From assembly GCA_012521895.1 (NCBI GenBank), contig JAAYLK010000013.1, positions 4,898-68,897 of the forward strand: a stretch of DNA of 64,000 bases, given 5' to 3'. Under the pieces are notes generated by a model. That model did not search any database. It had not been told where the DNA came from and was given only the letters and a program-made list of their open reading frames with translations. This document shows positions 27,132 through 37,054 of this stretch, piece after piece. Made by a program: the position numbers and the translations under genes. Numbering within the stretch: the stretch's first letter is position 1; the number at the start of each line of letters is the position of its first letter. Source of the stretch: Clostridiales bacterium (GTDB lineage: Bacteria > Bacillota > Clostridia > Christensenellales > Aristaeellaceae).

Positions 27132-29372
27132 TCAAGCCAGGCTTGAGGGGTTGATTTCCAGGCTGACCCTGCAGGGCCAGTCCTTTTGTGTTAATTCGTT
27201 CAAAAATGCCAGGATCTCATCGCTGTCCTTGTGTTCCAGCAGTTTCATCAGCACCTGGGCGCGGTACAGGCCCATGATGCGCTTGATGGGCGCTTCATCC
27301 TCCCGCACAAACAAGGCGCGTTTCTTGCCTTTCGCGCGGCGTTCCAGAAATTGCGTGACCTCCGCGAACAGCTGCGCGGAAACCTCTCTGGACTGCTCCT
27401 GGGTTTTGGCCTCGCACAGCAGGCGCACCATCATGGTGAAGGGCGGGTAGAGCAGCTGGCGGCGCCTTGCAAACTCCTGGTTGAAAAAGCCGCGGTACTC
27501 CTGCTGGGCTGCCGTGAGGATGGCATAATGTTCCGGCTTGTAGGTCTGGATGACCACTTCGCCCGGCATATCCGCCCGCCCTGCCCGGCCCGCGACCTGG
27601 GTAAGCAACTGGAAAGTGCGCTCCTGCGCGCGGTAGTCGGGCATGTTGAGGGACAAGTCGGCAAGCACCACACCTACCAGGGTGACCTGGGGAAAGTCCA
27701 GCCCCTTGGCAATCATCTGGGTGCCGATCATCACCCGCGCGGCACCTGAACGGAATTGGTTCAGCAGCTGTTCATGGGAATCCTTGCCGGTCGTGGTGTC
27801 AGCGTCCATGCGGATGGTCTGCACTCCGGGAAAAAGCTTCCTGAACTCCTCTTCCACCTTCTGTGTCCCGGCGCCCACCGGCTTGAGATAGCTGCTGCCG
27901 CAGGCGGGACAGGCTTCAGGCAGCGGCGTAAACTGCCCACAGTAGTGGCAGTGCAGCATCCGGTCCGCCTGGTGGTAGGTCAGCTTGACGTCGCACTGGC
28001 GGCAGGCCATCACCTCGCCGCATTTGCGGCAAAAGACGCTGGGCGCGTAGCCGCGGCGATTGATGAACAGCATGGCTTGCTGGCCGGCTTTCAGGCACTC
28101 CCCCAGCTTCTCAATCAACAGCTGGGAGAACATCCCCCGGTTGCCCAAGCGCAGCTCTTCGCGCATGTCCACCAGGTGGACGGTGGCCAGCTGGCGGTCA
28201 TTGACGCGCTTGTGCATTTCCAACAGCATGTAATCGCCCCGCTGGGCCTGAGCAAAGGAGAGAACGCTGGGGGTGGCGCTGGCCAGAATCAGGCAGGCTT
28301 TCTCGCGCTCCGCGCGGGACTGGGCCACCTCCCGCGCGTCATAGCGCGGGTTGTTTTCTGACAGGTAGCTGGCCTCATGCTCCTCATCCACCACAATCAG
28401 GCCCAGGTCCCTCACCGGCGCGAACACCGCGGAGCGCGCGCCGATTACCAGCCTGGCGGCCCCGCTGCGAATCCTCCGCCACTCGTCATAGCGTTCCCCG
28501 GCGGACAGCCTGGAGTGGAGCACGGCCGCCACATCGCCAAAGCGCCCGCGAAACCAGCTAACCATCTGGGGTGTCAGCACAATTTCCGGAATCAGGACGA
28601 TGACGCCACGCCTTAAGGCCAGGCATTCCCTGGCGCTTTGGATGTAGACCTCGGTCTTGCCGGAGCCTGTCACGCCGTGAAGCAAAAACTTGCCTTTCCC
28701 GACGCGGACAGCGGGCACTATCTCCTGCAAGACTTCCTGCTGCTGAGGGGTCAACATGGGGTCCGGGTCCTTGTGCGCAACAGGCGCGTAAGGCGAGCGG
28801 TAGACCTCTTCCTCAGTGAGGCTGACAGCGCCTGCTTCCTCAAGAATCTTCAAGGATGGCAGCGGGTCCCGCACCAAGGCCTTGAGCTCGGCGACCGGAT
28901 GGGACAGGCGGTCTGACAGGAGGTTCAGCAGCAGTTTGCGCTTGGGGGCGCGATGATTTTGCTTGATCGCTTCTTCAAGCGCCGCCTCATCCAGCAGCAA
29001 ACGCGCTACAGTCTGGGTCTTTTCCTTGACGCGACCCTGACGCATTTGCGTGGGGAACATCAGCCTCAAGGCCAGGGCAAGCGGGCAATGCGACTTCTGC
29101 GCAATCTCTTTTGCCAAGTCCACAAGGTGTGGCAAAACCGCCGGATACACATCAAGCGGTTCAATGATGGCCTTGATCTTGCCTGGTTCCAGCGTCGTTT
29201 GACTGCTTGTGTCCAGCACCAAACCCTCAACCTTCTGATGGCCAAAGGGCACCAGGACGCGGGTACCGGGCAGCAGCTTAAAGTGCGCGGGGATGGAATA
29301 GGTGTACACGCGGTCCGTGTTGTTGCTGGCGATGTCAACAATGACCTGGGCAAATGCCGGAGACTCAGGCAT
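27132..29372 (-). CDS. priA: Primosomal protein N' (replication restart helicase)
   Basis: Walker A GVTGSGKT, DEEH box, and a Cys-rich zinc region (CRKCG...CRQCD...CHYCG...CPACG). Confidence 0.95.
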   Translation of the reverse strand: MPESPAFAQVIVDIASNNTDRVYTYSIPAHFKLLPGTRVLVPFGHQKVEGLVLDTSSQTTLEPGKIKAIIEPLDVYPAVLPHLVDLAKEIAQKSHCPLALALRLMFPTQMRQGRVKEKTQTVARLLLDEAALEEAIKQNHRAPKRKLLLNLLSDRLSHPVAELKALVRDPLPSLKILEEAGAVSLTEEEVYRSPYAPVAHKDPDPMLTPQQQEVLQEIVPAVRVGKGKFLLHGVTGSGKTEVYIQSARECLALRRGVIVLIPEIVLTPQMVSWFRGRFGDVAAVLHSRLSAGERYDEWRRIRSGAARLVIGARSAVFAPVRDLGLIVVDEEHEASYLSENNPRYDAREVAQSRAEREKACLILASATPSVLSFAQAQRGDYMLLEMHKRVNDRQLATVHLVDMREELRLGNRGMFSQLLIEKLGECLKAGQQAMLFINRRGYAPSVFCRKCGEVMACRQCDVKLTYHQADRMLHCHYCGQFTPLPEACPACGSSYLKPVGAGTQKVEEEFRKLFPGVQTIRMDADTTTGKDSHEQLLNQFRSGAARVMIGTQMIAKGLDFPQVTLVGVVLADLSLNMPDYRAQERTFQLLTQVAGRAGRADMPGEVVIQTYKPEHYAILTAAQQEYRGFFNQEFARRRQLLYPPFTMMVRLLCEAKTQEQSREVSAQLFAEVTQFLERRAKGKKRALFVREDEAPIKRIMGLYRAQVLMKLLEHKDSDEILAFLNELTQKDWPCRVSLEINPSSLA

Positions 29373-30579
29373 TCAACCCGCCAGGCATAAATTTCATCAC
29401 TTCGTCAAGCAGCTTGTCCGCCGCATCTTCCTTGCTCATCAGGGGCAATTCAAGCGTGCGGCTCTCACTGATCAACGTCAGCACGTTGGTGTCCACATCA
29501 AAACCGGCGCCCTTTTGGGTGACATCGTTCAGCGCGATCATGTCCAGCTTCTTGCTGGAGAGCTTCTTTCGGGCATTTTCCTCGCCTTTTTCTGTTTCAG
29601 CGGCGAAGCCGACAAAAACCTGCCCGGGTTTCTTGTTTTCACCAATGGCCTTGGCGACATCCTGGGTCTGTACCAAATCCAGCGTCAGGCCGCCGTCGGG
29701 CTGTTTTTTGATCTTCTGGTCGCTGACGGCGCGGGCTTTGTAATCTGCCGGCGCCGCGGCCTGGATGATGATGTCCTGTTCAGGCGCCAGGGACTGCATA
29801 GTGTCATACAAATCCTGTGTGCTGGTGACCTTTACCAAATTAACGCCGGATGGCGCCTGGATGGACACGGGGCCGGACACCAGCGTGACCTCAGCGCCGC
29901 GGTCCAAAGCGGCTTTGGCGATGGCATAACCCATCTTGCCGCTGGAACGGTTGGCTAAAAAGCGGACCGGGTCCAGGTCCTCCCGGGTGGGGCCCGCAGT
30001 CACCAGCACGCATTTTCCCGCCAGGTCTTGTTTTTGCTCAAACAGCGCAAGGACGGCATTGACGATGTCCACCGGCTCGCTCATCCGTCCTGCTCCGACA
30101 TCGCCGCAGGCCAGCATGCCGCCATCGGGCCCGATTGTCTTGGCGCCGCGACTTACAAGGGTTTCCAGGTTCTTTTGCGTGGCCGGATGCTGCCACATCA
30201 CCGTGTTCATGGCGGGCGCCAACAAGAGTGGCGCCTGGGTCGCCAATGCCGTGGTGGTCAGCATGTCATCCGCCAGGCCGATGGCCAGCTTGGCGATGAT
30301 GTTGGCCGTCGCCGGGGCAATCAGCAGCACATCGGCTTTCTTGGCCAGGGAGATGTGCTCCACCTCGAACACCTGCGGGGCTGCAAAGGTATCCACCGCG
30401 ACCTGGTTTTGGGACAGGGTCTGCAAGGTCAGCGGGGTAATGAACTCACAGGCATGCTCAGTCATGATGACATGCACTTTGATGCCCAGCTTCATCAGCC
30501 TTGAGACAAGATCCGCAGCCTTGTACGCCGCGATGCCGCCGGTGATGCCCAGGACAACGGTTTTGCCTGTGATTGCCAT
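29365..30579 (-). CDS. coaBC: Bifunctional phosphopantothenoylcysteine decarboxylase / phosphopantothenate-cysteine ligase
   Basis: Flavoprotein N-domain (GITGGIAAYKA) plus CoaB domain (NRSSGKMG). Confidence 0.95.
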   Translation of the reverse strand: MAITGKTVVLGITGGIAAYKAADLVSRLMKLGIKVHVIMTEHACEFITPLTLQTLSQNQVAVDTFAAPQVFEVEHISLAKKADVLLIAPATANIIAKLAIGLADDMLTTTALATQAPLLLAPAMNTVMWQHPATQKNLETLVSRGAKTIGPDGGMLACGDVGAGRMSEPVDIVNAVLALFEQKQDLAGKCVLVTAGPTREDLDPVRFLANRSSGKMGYAIAKAALDRGAEVTLVSGPVSIQAPSGVNLVKVTSTQDLYDTMQSLAPEQDIIIQAAAPADYKARAVSDQKIKKQPDGGLTLDLVQTQDVAKAIGENKKPGQVFVGFAAETEKGEENARKKLSSKKLDMIALNDVTQKGAGFDVDTNVLTLISESRTLELPLMSKEDAADKLLDEVMKFMPGGLNA

Positions 30580-30581
30580 GC

Positions 30582-30794
30582 TTATTCCTCGTCCTCCAGG
30601 TTGCGGTGAAAGGTGATCAGGCCATGTTGAATTTCATCAATCGCGGTAGAGATGGGTTTCTTCTCTTCGCCTTCAATCAGGGGCTGGGCGCCGTCCACCA
30701 GCTGGCGGGCACGCTTGGAGACCATTTCCACCAGGGTATAGGCGCTGTCGGCCTTCTTCATCAGGGATTGGATGCCGGGCTCGTTGATTGCCAT
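30582..30794 (-). CDS. rpoZ: DNA-directed RNA polymerase subunit omega
   Basis: 70 aa. SAYTLVEMVSKRARQL matches the omega core. GGAGG lies upstream of ATG 30794. Confidence 0.9.
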   Translation of the reverse strand: MAINEPGIQSLMKKADSAYTLVEMVSKRARQLVDGAQPLIEGEEKKPISTAIDEIQHGLITFHRNLEDEE

Positions 30795-31456
30795 AAGATT
30801 TCTTCCTCCGTTAGTTCTTCCGGGATCACCGGGGTATAGCGTACGGTCTTTTGCCGCTCGGCCGCGATGATGCACTTCAAACGCTCATAGGCGCTTTCCA
30901 GCTCATCGTTGATCAGGGCATAGTCGTAGTTGACAAACTTCGCGATTTCAGTACGCGCGTTGTTGAGGCGCTTCTCAATTTCCTGCTCATCATCCGTGTT
31001 GCGGGTGTGCAGCCGCAGCTTCAGTGAAGCGAAGGAGGGGGGCAAAATGAAGATGGACACGCAATCCTTCATCTGCTTCATCACGCTCATCGCGCCCTGG
31101 GAATCTACATCCAGCAGCACGTCCAGGCCTTTGTTCAAGGCGTCCTCGATGGGGCGGCGCGGTGTGCCATAACGGTGATCATGCACCGTGGCGTGCTCAA
31201 GCAGGTTGTTGGTCTTGAGCAGCTCATCAAACTGGGTTTCGCTGATGAAGTGGTAATGCACGCCGTTTTTCTCACATTCGCGGCGCTGGCGGGTGGTGGC
31301 GCTGACGGAAAAGATGATGTTGTCATCAGAAGAGACCAGGCGCTCACACAGGGTGCCTTTGCCTGTCCCCGAGGGGCCTGATACGATGATCAGCATGCCC
31401 TTGCGGGTGGACTTCAATGCTTTATCCTTTGATTGCGCGCTGAGCATTTCCGGCAT
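30761..31456 (-). CDS. gmk: Guanylate kinase
   Basis: P-loop GPSGTGKGT. ATG 31456 chosen because AAGGAAG lies upstream and it clears the yicC stop. The 3' tail overlaps rpoZ by 34 nt. Confidence 0.88.
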   Translation of the reverse strand: MPEMLSAQSKDKALKSTRKGMLIIVSGPSGTGKGTLCERLVSSDDNIIFSVSATTRQRRECEKNGVHYHFISETQFDELLKTNNLLEHATVHDHRYGTPRRPIEDALNKGLDVLLDVDSQGAMSVMKQMKDCVSIFILPPSFASLKLRLHTRNTDDEQEIEKRLNNARTEIAKFVNYDYALINDELESAYERLKCIIAAERQKTVRYTPVIPEELTEEEILWQSTSPASNP

Positions 31457-31475
31457 ACCGCTTCCTTTTTTCCCT

Positions 31476-32348
31476 TCATTCAACATTCTGAATCTGCTCC
31501 CGAATCTTGTCCGTTTCACCCTTGAGGATAAGCCCCAGCCTGGTGACCGCCAGAGAGGCGGATTTGCTGCAGATGGTGTTGGCTTCCCGGTTCATCTCCT
31601 GGGCCAGGAAATCCATGTCCCGCCCGGTGGGCGTATCCTTTTGCATCAATTCCCGCAGCTGCTCACAGTGGGCGGACAGGCGGTTCATTTCCTCGGTGAT
31701 GTCGCAGCGGTCCGCGAATAAAGCAATTTCCTGCGCCAGGCGCTGGGGGTCTACCTGGATGTCCGGCATGGTGCTCAGGCGCTTCTCCAGCTTCTCCCTC
31801 GCCAGGGCGGGCTGCTGGGCGGCGTGTTCGCGAAGATCGTTCAAGGCCTGTTCCAGCACCGCCAGGTGCTCAAGGAAGAAGGACTTCATCTGCTCGCCTT
31901 CACGGCTTCTGTCGTTCAGCGCGGCGGCACAGGCATGGTCCAGGGCTTCGTTCGCTGTTTCCAGCAGGATGTCTGCTTCCAGCTCCAATGGCACCAGGGT
32001 CAGCACTTCCGGCAGCATCAGCAGCGTGCTCAACTTGAAACTGCCCGGAACCCGCGCCGCTTCCGCGATCTGGGTGGCGGCCTGGGCATACTCCTGTGCC
32101 AGGGGCAGGTTGGCGCTGACCAGGGTGGCCTGGGAGCCGGACAGGTCCTGGGTGATGGACAACTCAACGCGGCCGCGGGCAAAGCGTTCCGCCAAGGTTT
32201 TCCGCAGGGGCACCTCAAGCGCCTGCATCGACTTGGGCAAACGCACAGCAATGTCAAGGTAACGGTGGTTGACCGTTTTAACCTCCGCTGTCATGCTTAA
32301 ACCGTTCTTGGTTGATTGCCCCCTGCCATACCCGGTCATGCTCCGCAT
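31476..32348 (-). CDS. yicC: YicC/YloC family stress-induced protein (endoribonuclease YicC-like)
   Basis: N-terminus MRSMTGYGRG and C-terminal EMNREANTICSKS motif. ATG 32348 has AGGAGG upstream. Confidence 0.88.
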   Translation of the reverse strand: MRSMTGYGRGQSTKNGLSMTAEVKTVNHRYLDIAVRLPKSMQALEVPLRKTLAERFARGRVELSITQDLSGSQATLVSANLPLAQEYAQAATQIAEAARVPGSFKLSTLLMLPEVLTLVPLELEADILLETANEALDHACAAALNDRSREGEQMKSFFLEHLAVLEQALNDLREHAAQQPALAREKLEKRLSTMPDIQVDPQRLAQEIALFADRCDITEEMNRLSAHCEQLRELMQKDTPTGRDMDFLAQEMNREANTICSKSASLAVTRLGLILKGETDKIREQIQNVE

Positions 32349-32459
32349 CAGACGCCCTCCTTGTCCATGTTCTATCAGTATACCATGAATTGACATGGCT
32401 GAAAAGGCAAGCAATACGGCACAAAACCGACCTTTGTATCCAATTTTACCGCAAGCTGA

Positions 32460-32488
32460 TTGACTTCAAAATATCCAGGGTATATACT
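32460..32488 (+). promoter_or_regulatory. Sigma-A-like promoter of the thrS leader
   Basis: TTGACT (32460-32465), 17-nt spacer, TATACT (32483-32488). Confidence 0.55.
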
Positions 32489-32494
32489 CATCAC

Positions 32495-32710
32495 ATTCGT
32501 GGATGAGGGCAGACACGCTGCCTGTGGACGCCATCAGAGAGGAACCGCCAAGGCTGCAAGCGGATCCGGGCTGCAAACAGGACAGAACCACTGCCAGACA
32601 GGAACGCAGGGCGAGCGATACAGCGTCACAAAGTGGCCGGGCAACCGGCAAGCTGGGTGGAACCGCGGAATTCATCATCCGTCCCTTGTGGGAGGATGAT
32701 TTTTCTTTTA
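32495..32710 (+). promoter_or_regulatory. T-box riboswitch leader (Thr)
   Basis: AGAGA element (about 32536), candidate ACC specifiers (32544-32546 and 32587-32589), T-box core ctGGGTGGaACCGCGg (32653-32668), and a terminator hairpin atcatccgtccc/gggaggatgat plus T-run (32673-32709) directly upstream of thrS. Confidence 0.8.
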
Positions 32711-32729
32711 TCACAACAGGAGGATTGTT

Positions 32730-34649
32730 ATGGAACTGCTTGTTAAAGGTCAACAAAAAGCTTATGAAAACGGCGTCAATGCCCTGGATGTCTTCAAGGA
32801 CCTGGATCCGGACGCGCGCAAAACCGCCATCGCGGCCAGGCTGAACGGAGAATTGGTGGAGTTAATGGCTCCCCTGCACCAGGGCGGCGAGTTGGTCGCG
32901 GTTGGCTTTGAGGATGAGGACGCGCGCCACCTGTTGCGCCACACGGCCAGCCACGTGATGGCCAGCGCCGTCAAGAACCTTTTCCCCAAGGCCAAGCTGG
33001 CCATCGGCCCGTCCATTGAAAACGGCTTCTACTACGATTTTGATGTGGAAGAGCCTTTCCAGCCGGAGGACCTGGCCAAAATCGAAAAGGAAATGGCGCG
33101 CATCATCAAAAAGAACGACCGTGAGGAGCGCTTTGTGCTGCCGCGGAGCGAAGCCATCGCCCTGATGGAAGCGCGCAATGAGCCCTATAAGATCGAACTG
33201 ATCAATGACCTGCCGGAGGATGAGGAATTGTCCTTCTACCGCCAGGGAGACTTTGTGGACCTCTGTGCCGGCCCCCACCTGCCCAGCACCGGCAAGATCA
33301 AGGCCTTCAAACTGACCAGCCTGGCAGGCGCTTACTGGCGCGGCAGCGAGAAAAACAAGATGTTGCAACGCATCTATGGCACCGCCTTCATGGACAAGGA
33401 TGAGATGGAAGCCTATCTGGCCCGCATCGAAGAAGCCAAGAAGCGTGACCACCGCAAGCTGGGGCGCGAATTGGACCTGTTTGACCTGATGGACGAAGGC
33501 CCCGGCTTCCCCTTCTTTTATGCCAAGGGCATGGTGCTGCGCAACATCCTGGAGGACTACTGGCGCCAGATCCACCGCAAGGCCGGCTATGAAGAGGTTA
33601 AAACTCCGCACATATTGAACCGCAGCCTGTGGGAGCAAAGTGGCCACTGGGAAAACTACAGGGAAAACATGTACACCCTCAAGATTGACGAGCAGGACTT
33701 CGCCATCAAGCCCATGAACTGCCCCGGCGGCATTCTGGCTTACAAGCGCAGGTTGTGGTCCTACCGCGACTTCCCGCTGCGCGTGGGTGAGCTTGGCCTG
33801 GTGCACCGCCATGAGAAATCAGGCGCCTTGCATGGGCTGATGCGCGTGCGTGCCTTCACCCAGGATGACGCCCACCTGTACATGACGCCGGAACAGATCA
33901 AGCAGGAAATCATCGGCGTGTACCAGTTGGAGGACAAGGTGTACAAGACCTTTGGTTTCTCCTACAAGGTGGAGCTGTCCACCCGGCCTGAGAACAGCAT
34001 CGGCTCTGACGAGATGTGGGAGCTGTCCACCCAGGCGCTCAATGACGCGCTGGATGAGATGCGGGTGCCCTACACCATCAACGAGGGTGACGGAGCTTTC
34101 TACGGCCCCAAGATTGATTTCCACTTGCAAGACAGCCTGGGCAGGAGCTGGCAGTGCGGCACCCTGCAGCTGGACATGAACCTGCCGGAGCGTTTTGACA
34201 TGGAGTATACCGGCGCGGACGGCCAAAAACACCGCCCGGTGATGATTCACCGCACGGTGCTTGGCTCCATGGAGCGCTTCATCGGCATCCTGACCGAACA
34301 TTTCGCCGGCGCCTTCCCCCTGTGGCTCTCCCCCGTCCAGGCGCGCATCCTGACCATCACCGACCGCGCGGACGAGGCGGCCAAAGCCCTGAAAGGGCAG
34401 ATGGAAGAAGCCGGATTGCGCGTTGAACTGGACCTGCGCAATGAAAAAATCGGCTTCAAGGTGCGCGAGGCGCAGATGATGAAGGTGCCCTACATGCTGG
34501 TGATTGGCGACCGGGAAGCCCAGGAGCAGACCGTTTCCGTGCGTGACCGCAAAGGCAACGCCCACAACGGCGTCTCCCATGAAGCCCTGATTTCTGCCTT
34601 ACAAAAAGAAGTGGCGGACAAAGCACTGGTTCAGACGGAAGCGTTCTAA
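32730..34649 (+). CDS. thrS: Threonine--tRNA ligase
   Basis: 639 aa: TGS N-terminus, editing domain (RHTASHVMA), class II catalytic core and anticodon-binding domain. Confidence 0.96.
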   Translation: MELLVKGQQKAYENGVNALDVFKDLDPDARKTAIAARLNGELVELMAPLHQGGELVAVGFEDEDARHLLRHTASHVMASAVKNLFPKAKLAIGPSIENGFYYDFDVEEPFQPEDLAKIEKEMARIIKKNDREERFVLPRSEAIALMEARNEPYKIELINDLPEDEELSFYRQGDFVDLCAGPHLPSTGKIKAFKLTSLAGAYWRGSEKNKMLQRIYGTAFMDKDEMEAYLARIEEAKKRDHRKLGRELDLFDLMDEGPGFPFFYAKGMVLRNILEDYWRQIHRKAGYEEVKTPHILNRSLWEQSGHWENYRENMYTLKIDEQDFAIKPMNCPGGILAYKRRLWSYRDFPLRVGELGLVHRHEKSGALHGLMRVRAFTQDDAHLYMTPEQIKQEIIGVYQLEDKVYKTFGFSYKVELSTRPENSIGSDEMWELSTQALNDALDEMRVPYTINEGDGAFYGPKIDFHLQDSLGRSWQCGTLQLDMNLPERFDMEYTGADGQKHRPVMIHRTVLGSMERFIGILTEHFAGAFPLWLSPVQARILTITDRADEAAKALKGQMEEAGLRVELDLRNEKIGFKVREAQMMKVPYMLVIGDREAQEQTVSVRDRKGNAHNGVSHEALISALQKEVADKALVQTEAF

Positions 34650-34663
34650 TCCACTCTGACAGC

Positions 34664-34708
34664 AACGGAGCCTGCATCTGCAAACAAGCGGTACAGGCTC
34701 CGTTTTTT
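34664..34708 (+). terminator. Intrinsic terminator of thrS
   Basis: 11-bp stem aacggagcctg/caggctccgtt followed by a T-run. Confidence 0.7.
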
Positions 34709-34723
34709 ATCATACAACGCAAC

Positions 34724-34747
34724 AAAAAAACGCTGGTTTTCAGCGTT
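34724..34747 (-). terminator. Intrinsic terminator downstream of the tRNA pair
   Basis: On the minus strand, hairpin aacgctg-aaaac-cagcgtt followed by a T-run. Confidence 0.5.
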
Positions 34748-34754
34748 TCTCTTG

Positions 34755-34830
34755 TGGCACCCCCGACGGGATTCGAACCCGTGTTGCCGCCTTGAGAGGG
34801 CGGTGTCCTAGGCCACTAGACCACGGGGGC
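34755..34830 (-). tRNA. tRNA-Glu (anticodon CUC)
   Basis: The reverse complement folds as a cloverleaf: acceptor GCCCCCG/CGGGGGU, anticodon arm ccgcc-CUCUCAA-ggcgg, T-arm acggg-TTCGAAT-cccgt, encoded CCA. 76 nt. Confidence 0.93.
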
Positions 34831-34834
34831 AGGC

Positions 34835-34908
34835 TGGCTGGGGAACTAGGATTTGAACCTAGACTATACGAGTCAGAGTCGCAGGTGCTGCCGTTACACC
34901 ATTCCCCA
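34835..34908 (-). tRNA. tRNA-Gln (anticodon CUG)
   Basis: The reverse complement folds as a cloverleaf: acceptor TGGGGAA/TTCCCCA, anticodon arm tgcga-CUCUGAC-tcgta, T-arm ctagg-TTCAAAT-cctag, encoded CCA. 74 nt. Confidence 0.93.
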
Positions 34909-34928
34909 TCGCTGACAGCGCGAATTGC

Positions 34929-34957
34929 ATTATATCCGTATCAATTTCGCTTGTCAA
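34929..34957 (-). promoter_or_regulatory. Consensus sigma-A promoter of the tRNA-Gln/tRNA-Glu unit
   Basis: The minus strand reads TTGACA, 17-nt spacer, TATAAT, about 20 nt upstream of the tRNA-Gln 5' end. Confidence 0.6.
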
Positions 34958-35023
34958 GCAAATCTTGAAGCAGATTCAGGCTTTCGTCAGAAAATCTGCC
35001 AAGATGTCATAATTGGTAGAGCC

Positions 35024-35662
35024 TCAGGTTGCCCGCTCCGCGATCATGTCCTTGACCTTCATCAAACGTGTCAAGGCGCTACGCTCATTCTCGTCCAGCT
35101 TCATGGTGATGTAGCGGATGGTCTCTTCAAACTGCGGGATCATGACATATTCCAAGGCGTTCACGCGACGGCGGGTCTTTTGGATTTCATCAGCCAGCAG
35201 GGTGCTGGTTTTTTCTGTCTCCGCAAGCTTGATCAGCAGCGGCAGCACCTTGGCCATGGTCTCTATCGCGCCGTCCAGCTGCGATGAGGTTTCCACCATG
35301 CCATAAGGCAGCACAGACTTGCTCAGGCTGCTTTCATCCATCTGGTACACCGGCACGGGAACGGACAGGATGCTGCGCTTGCCAAAGGTCATGGACGCGG
35401 TGCGCGCCGGATACAGCAAAGCCTGGTACATGGCACCCGGCTCCATCACGGCGCGCGCCAAGGCAAAGTCCTTGAGCGCGTCGCCCAGTTCAAGCTCCAC
35501 CTGTTTGCGCAGCTTGGCGTTTTCTTTGACAATGAGGATAAAACGGCGAACCAGTTCGTCCCGTTTGTCCTTGAGCAGTTTGTGTCCGCGTTTGGCTGTG
35601 ACCAGCCTGCGTTTCATCTGCGTCAACTCCATCCGGGTGGGGTTCACGCGAAGAACTGCCAT
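35024..35662 (-). CDS. ntpD: V-type ATP synthase subunit D
   Basis: 212-aa coiled-coil central-stalk protein ([20 protein letters not shown]...). Last gene of the operon. Confidence 0.93.
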   Translation of the reverse strand: MAVLRVNPTRMELTQMKRRLVTAKRGHKLLKDKRDELVRRFILIVKENAKLRKQVELELGDALKDFALARAVMEPGAMYQALLYPARTASMTFGKRSILSVPVPVYQMDESSLSKSVLPYGMVETSSQLDGAIETMAKVLPLLIKLAETEKTSTLLADEIQKTRRRVNALEYVMIPQFEETIRYITMKLDENERSALTRLMKVKDMIAERAT

Positions 35663-37053
35663 TAGTTTTCTTCCTCCTCAGCACCCCTGGGCATGAACTC
35701 ATCCAGCATGTCATCGCGAATGCGCTTCAATTCTGAGCGGGGTAGGATTTTGAGCAGGTTCCAGCCCAAATCAAGGGTCTCCGTGATGCTACGGTCGGTC
35801 TGATAGCCCTGGGACACGTACTGCTTTTCAAAGGCGTCCGAGAAAGCGGCGTACTTCTTGTCCATGTCCGTCAGCGAGGCCTCACCCAGGATGACCGCCA
35901 GTTCCTTGGCGTCCTTGCCGCGGGAATAGGCGGCAAACAGCTGGTTCATGGTGGAGGCGTGGTCTTTCCTGGTCTTACCAACGCCGATGCCCTTGTCTTT
36001 CAAGCGGGACAGGGAGGGCAGGGCGTCAATGGGCGGGGTGATGCCGCGGCGGTGCAGCTCACGGCTTAGAATGATTTGGCCTTCCGTGATGTAGCCGGTC
36101 AGGTCCGGGATGGGGTGGGTTTTGTCATCCTCGGGCATGGTCAGGATGGGAATCTGGGTGATGGAACCTTTCTTGCCGATGATGCGGCCGGCGCGTTCAT
36201 ACATGCTGGCCAGGTCGGTGTACAAGTAGCCGGGATAACCGCGGCGGCCGGGCACTTCCTTGCGCGCGGCGGACACCTCGCGCAGGGCTTCGGCGTAGTT
36301 GGTGATGTCGGTCATGATGACCAGGACGTGCATGTCCTTTTCATATGCCAGATACTCCGCGGCCGTCAGCGCCATGCGCGGGGTGGAGATACGCTCGATG
36401 GCCGGGTCATTGGCCAGGTTCATAAACAGCACGGCGTGCTCGATGGCGCCGGTGCGCTTGAAGTCGGAAATAAAATAGTCCGCTTCTTCAAAGGTGATGC
36501 CGATGGCGGCAAACACGACGGCGAACTTGTCATCCTGACCCAGCACCTTGGCCTGGCGGGCAATCTGTGTCGCCAGCTGGGCATGCGGCAGGCCGGAGCC
36601 GGAGAACACGGGCAGCTTCTGCCCGCGCACCAGGGTGTTCAGGCCGTCAATGACGGAGATGCCCGTCTGGATGAACTCGCTGGGGTAGTCGCGCGCGGCG
36701 GGGTTAAGCGGCACGCCGTTGATGTCCATGCGCTTGTCCGGGATGATAGCGGGGCCGCCATCCTTGGGGTTGCCCATGCCGTCAAACACACGGCCCAGCA
36801 TGTCTTCAGAAACGGACAGTTCGATGCTGCGCCCCAGAAAGCGCGCGGTGCTGGTGTCCATCTGCAGGCCGTTGCTGCTTTCAAACAGCTGCACCAGCGC
36901 CGTGTCACCGTTGACTTCAAGCACCTTGCCGCGGCGGATGTTGCCGTCTTTTTCCTTGATTTCCACCAGTTCGTTGTAGGTGACCCCCGCTACCTCTTCC
37001 ACCAGCATCAAAGGGCCGACCAGTTCACGGATGGTGCTATATTCCTTGAGCAT
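35662..37053 (-). CDS. ntpB: V-type ATP synthase subunit B
   Basis: 463 aa with V/A-type B-subunit features. The stop overlaps the ntpD start by 1 nt. Confidence 0.95.
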   Translation of the reverse strand: MLKEYSTIRELVGPLMLVEEVAGVTYNELVEIKEKDGNIRRGKVLEVNGDTALVQLFESSNGLQMDTSTARFLGRSIELSVSEDMLGRVFDGMGNPKDGGPAIIPDKRMDINGVPLNPAARDYPSEFIQTGISVIDGLNTLVRGQKLPVFSGSGLPHAQLATQIARQAKVLGQDDKFAVVFAAIGITFEEADYFISDFKRTGAIEHAVLFMNLANDPAIERISTPRMALTAAEYLAYEKDMHVLVIMTDITNYAEALREVSAARKEVPGRRGYPGYLYTDLASMYERAGRIIGKKGSITQIPILTMPEDDKTHPIPDLTGYITEGQIILSRELHRRGITPPIDALPSLSRLKDKGIGVGKTRKDHASTMNQLFAAYSRGKDAKELAVILGEASLTDMDKKYAAFSDAFEKQYVSQGYQTDRSITETLDLGWNLLKILPRSELKRIRDDMLDEFMPRGAEEEEN

Positions 37054-37054
37054 C

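Noticed and set aside
30761-30794. 34-nt overlap between the gmk 3' end and the rpoZ 5' end as a sign of a mis-called rpoZ start or a frameshift in gmk.
   Set aside because: ATG 30794 of rpoZ has a GGAGG RBS, and its N-terminus aligns with omega proteins. The gmk tail (..EELTEEEILWQSTSPASNP) is simply a non-conserved C-terminal extension. There is no evidence of an indel.
34958-35023. Hairpin gcagatt...aatctgc after ntpD as the V-ATPase operon terminator.
   Set aside because: The loop is long (~16 nt) and the T-tract is poor, so the evidence is too weak to annotate. Read-through into the tRNA promoter region cannot be excluded.
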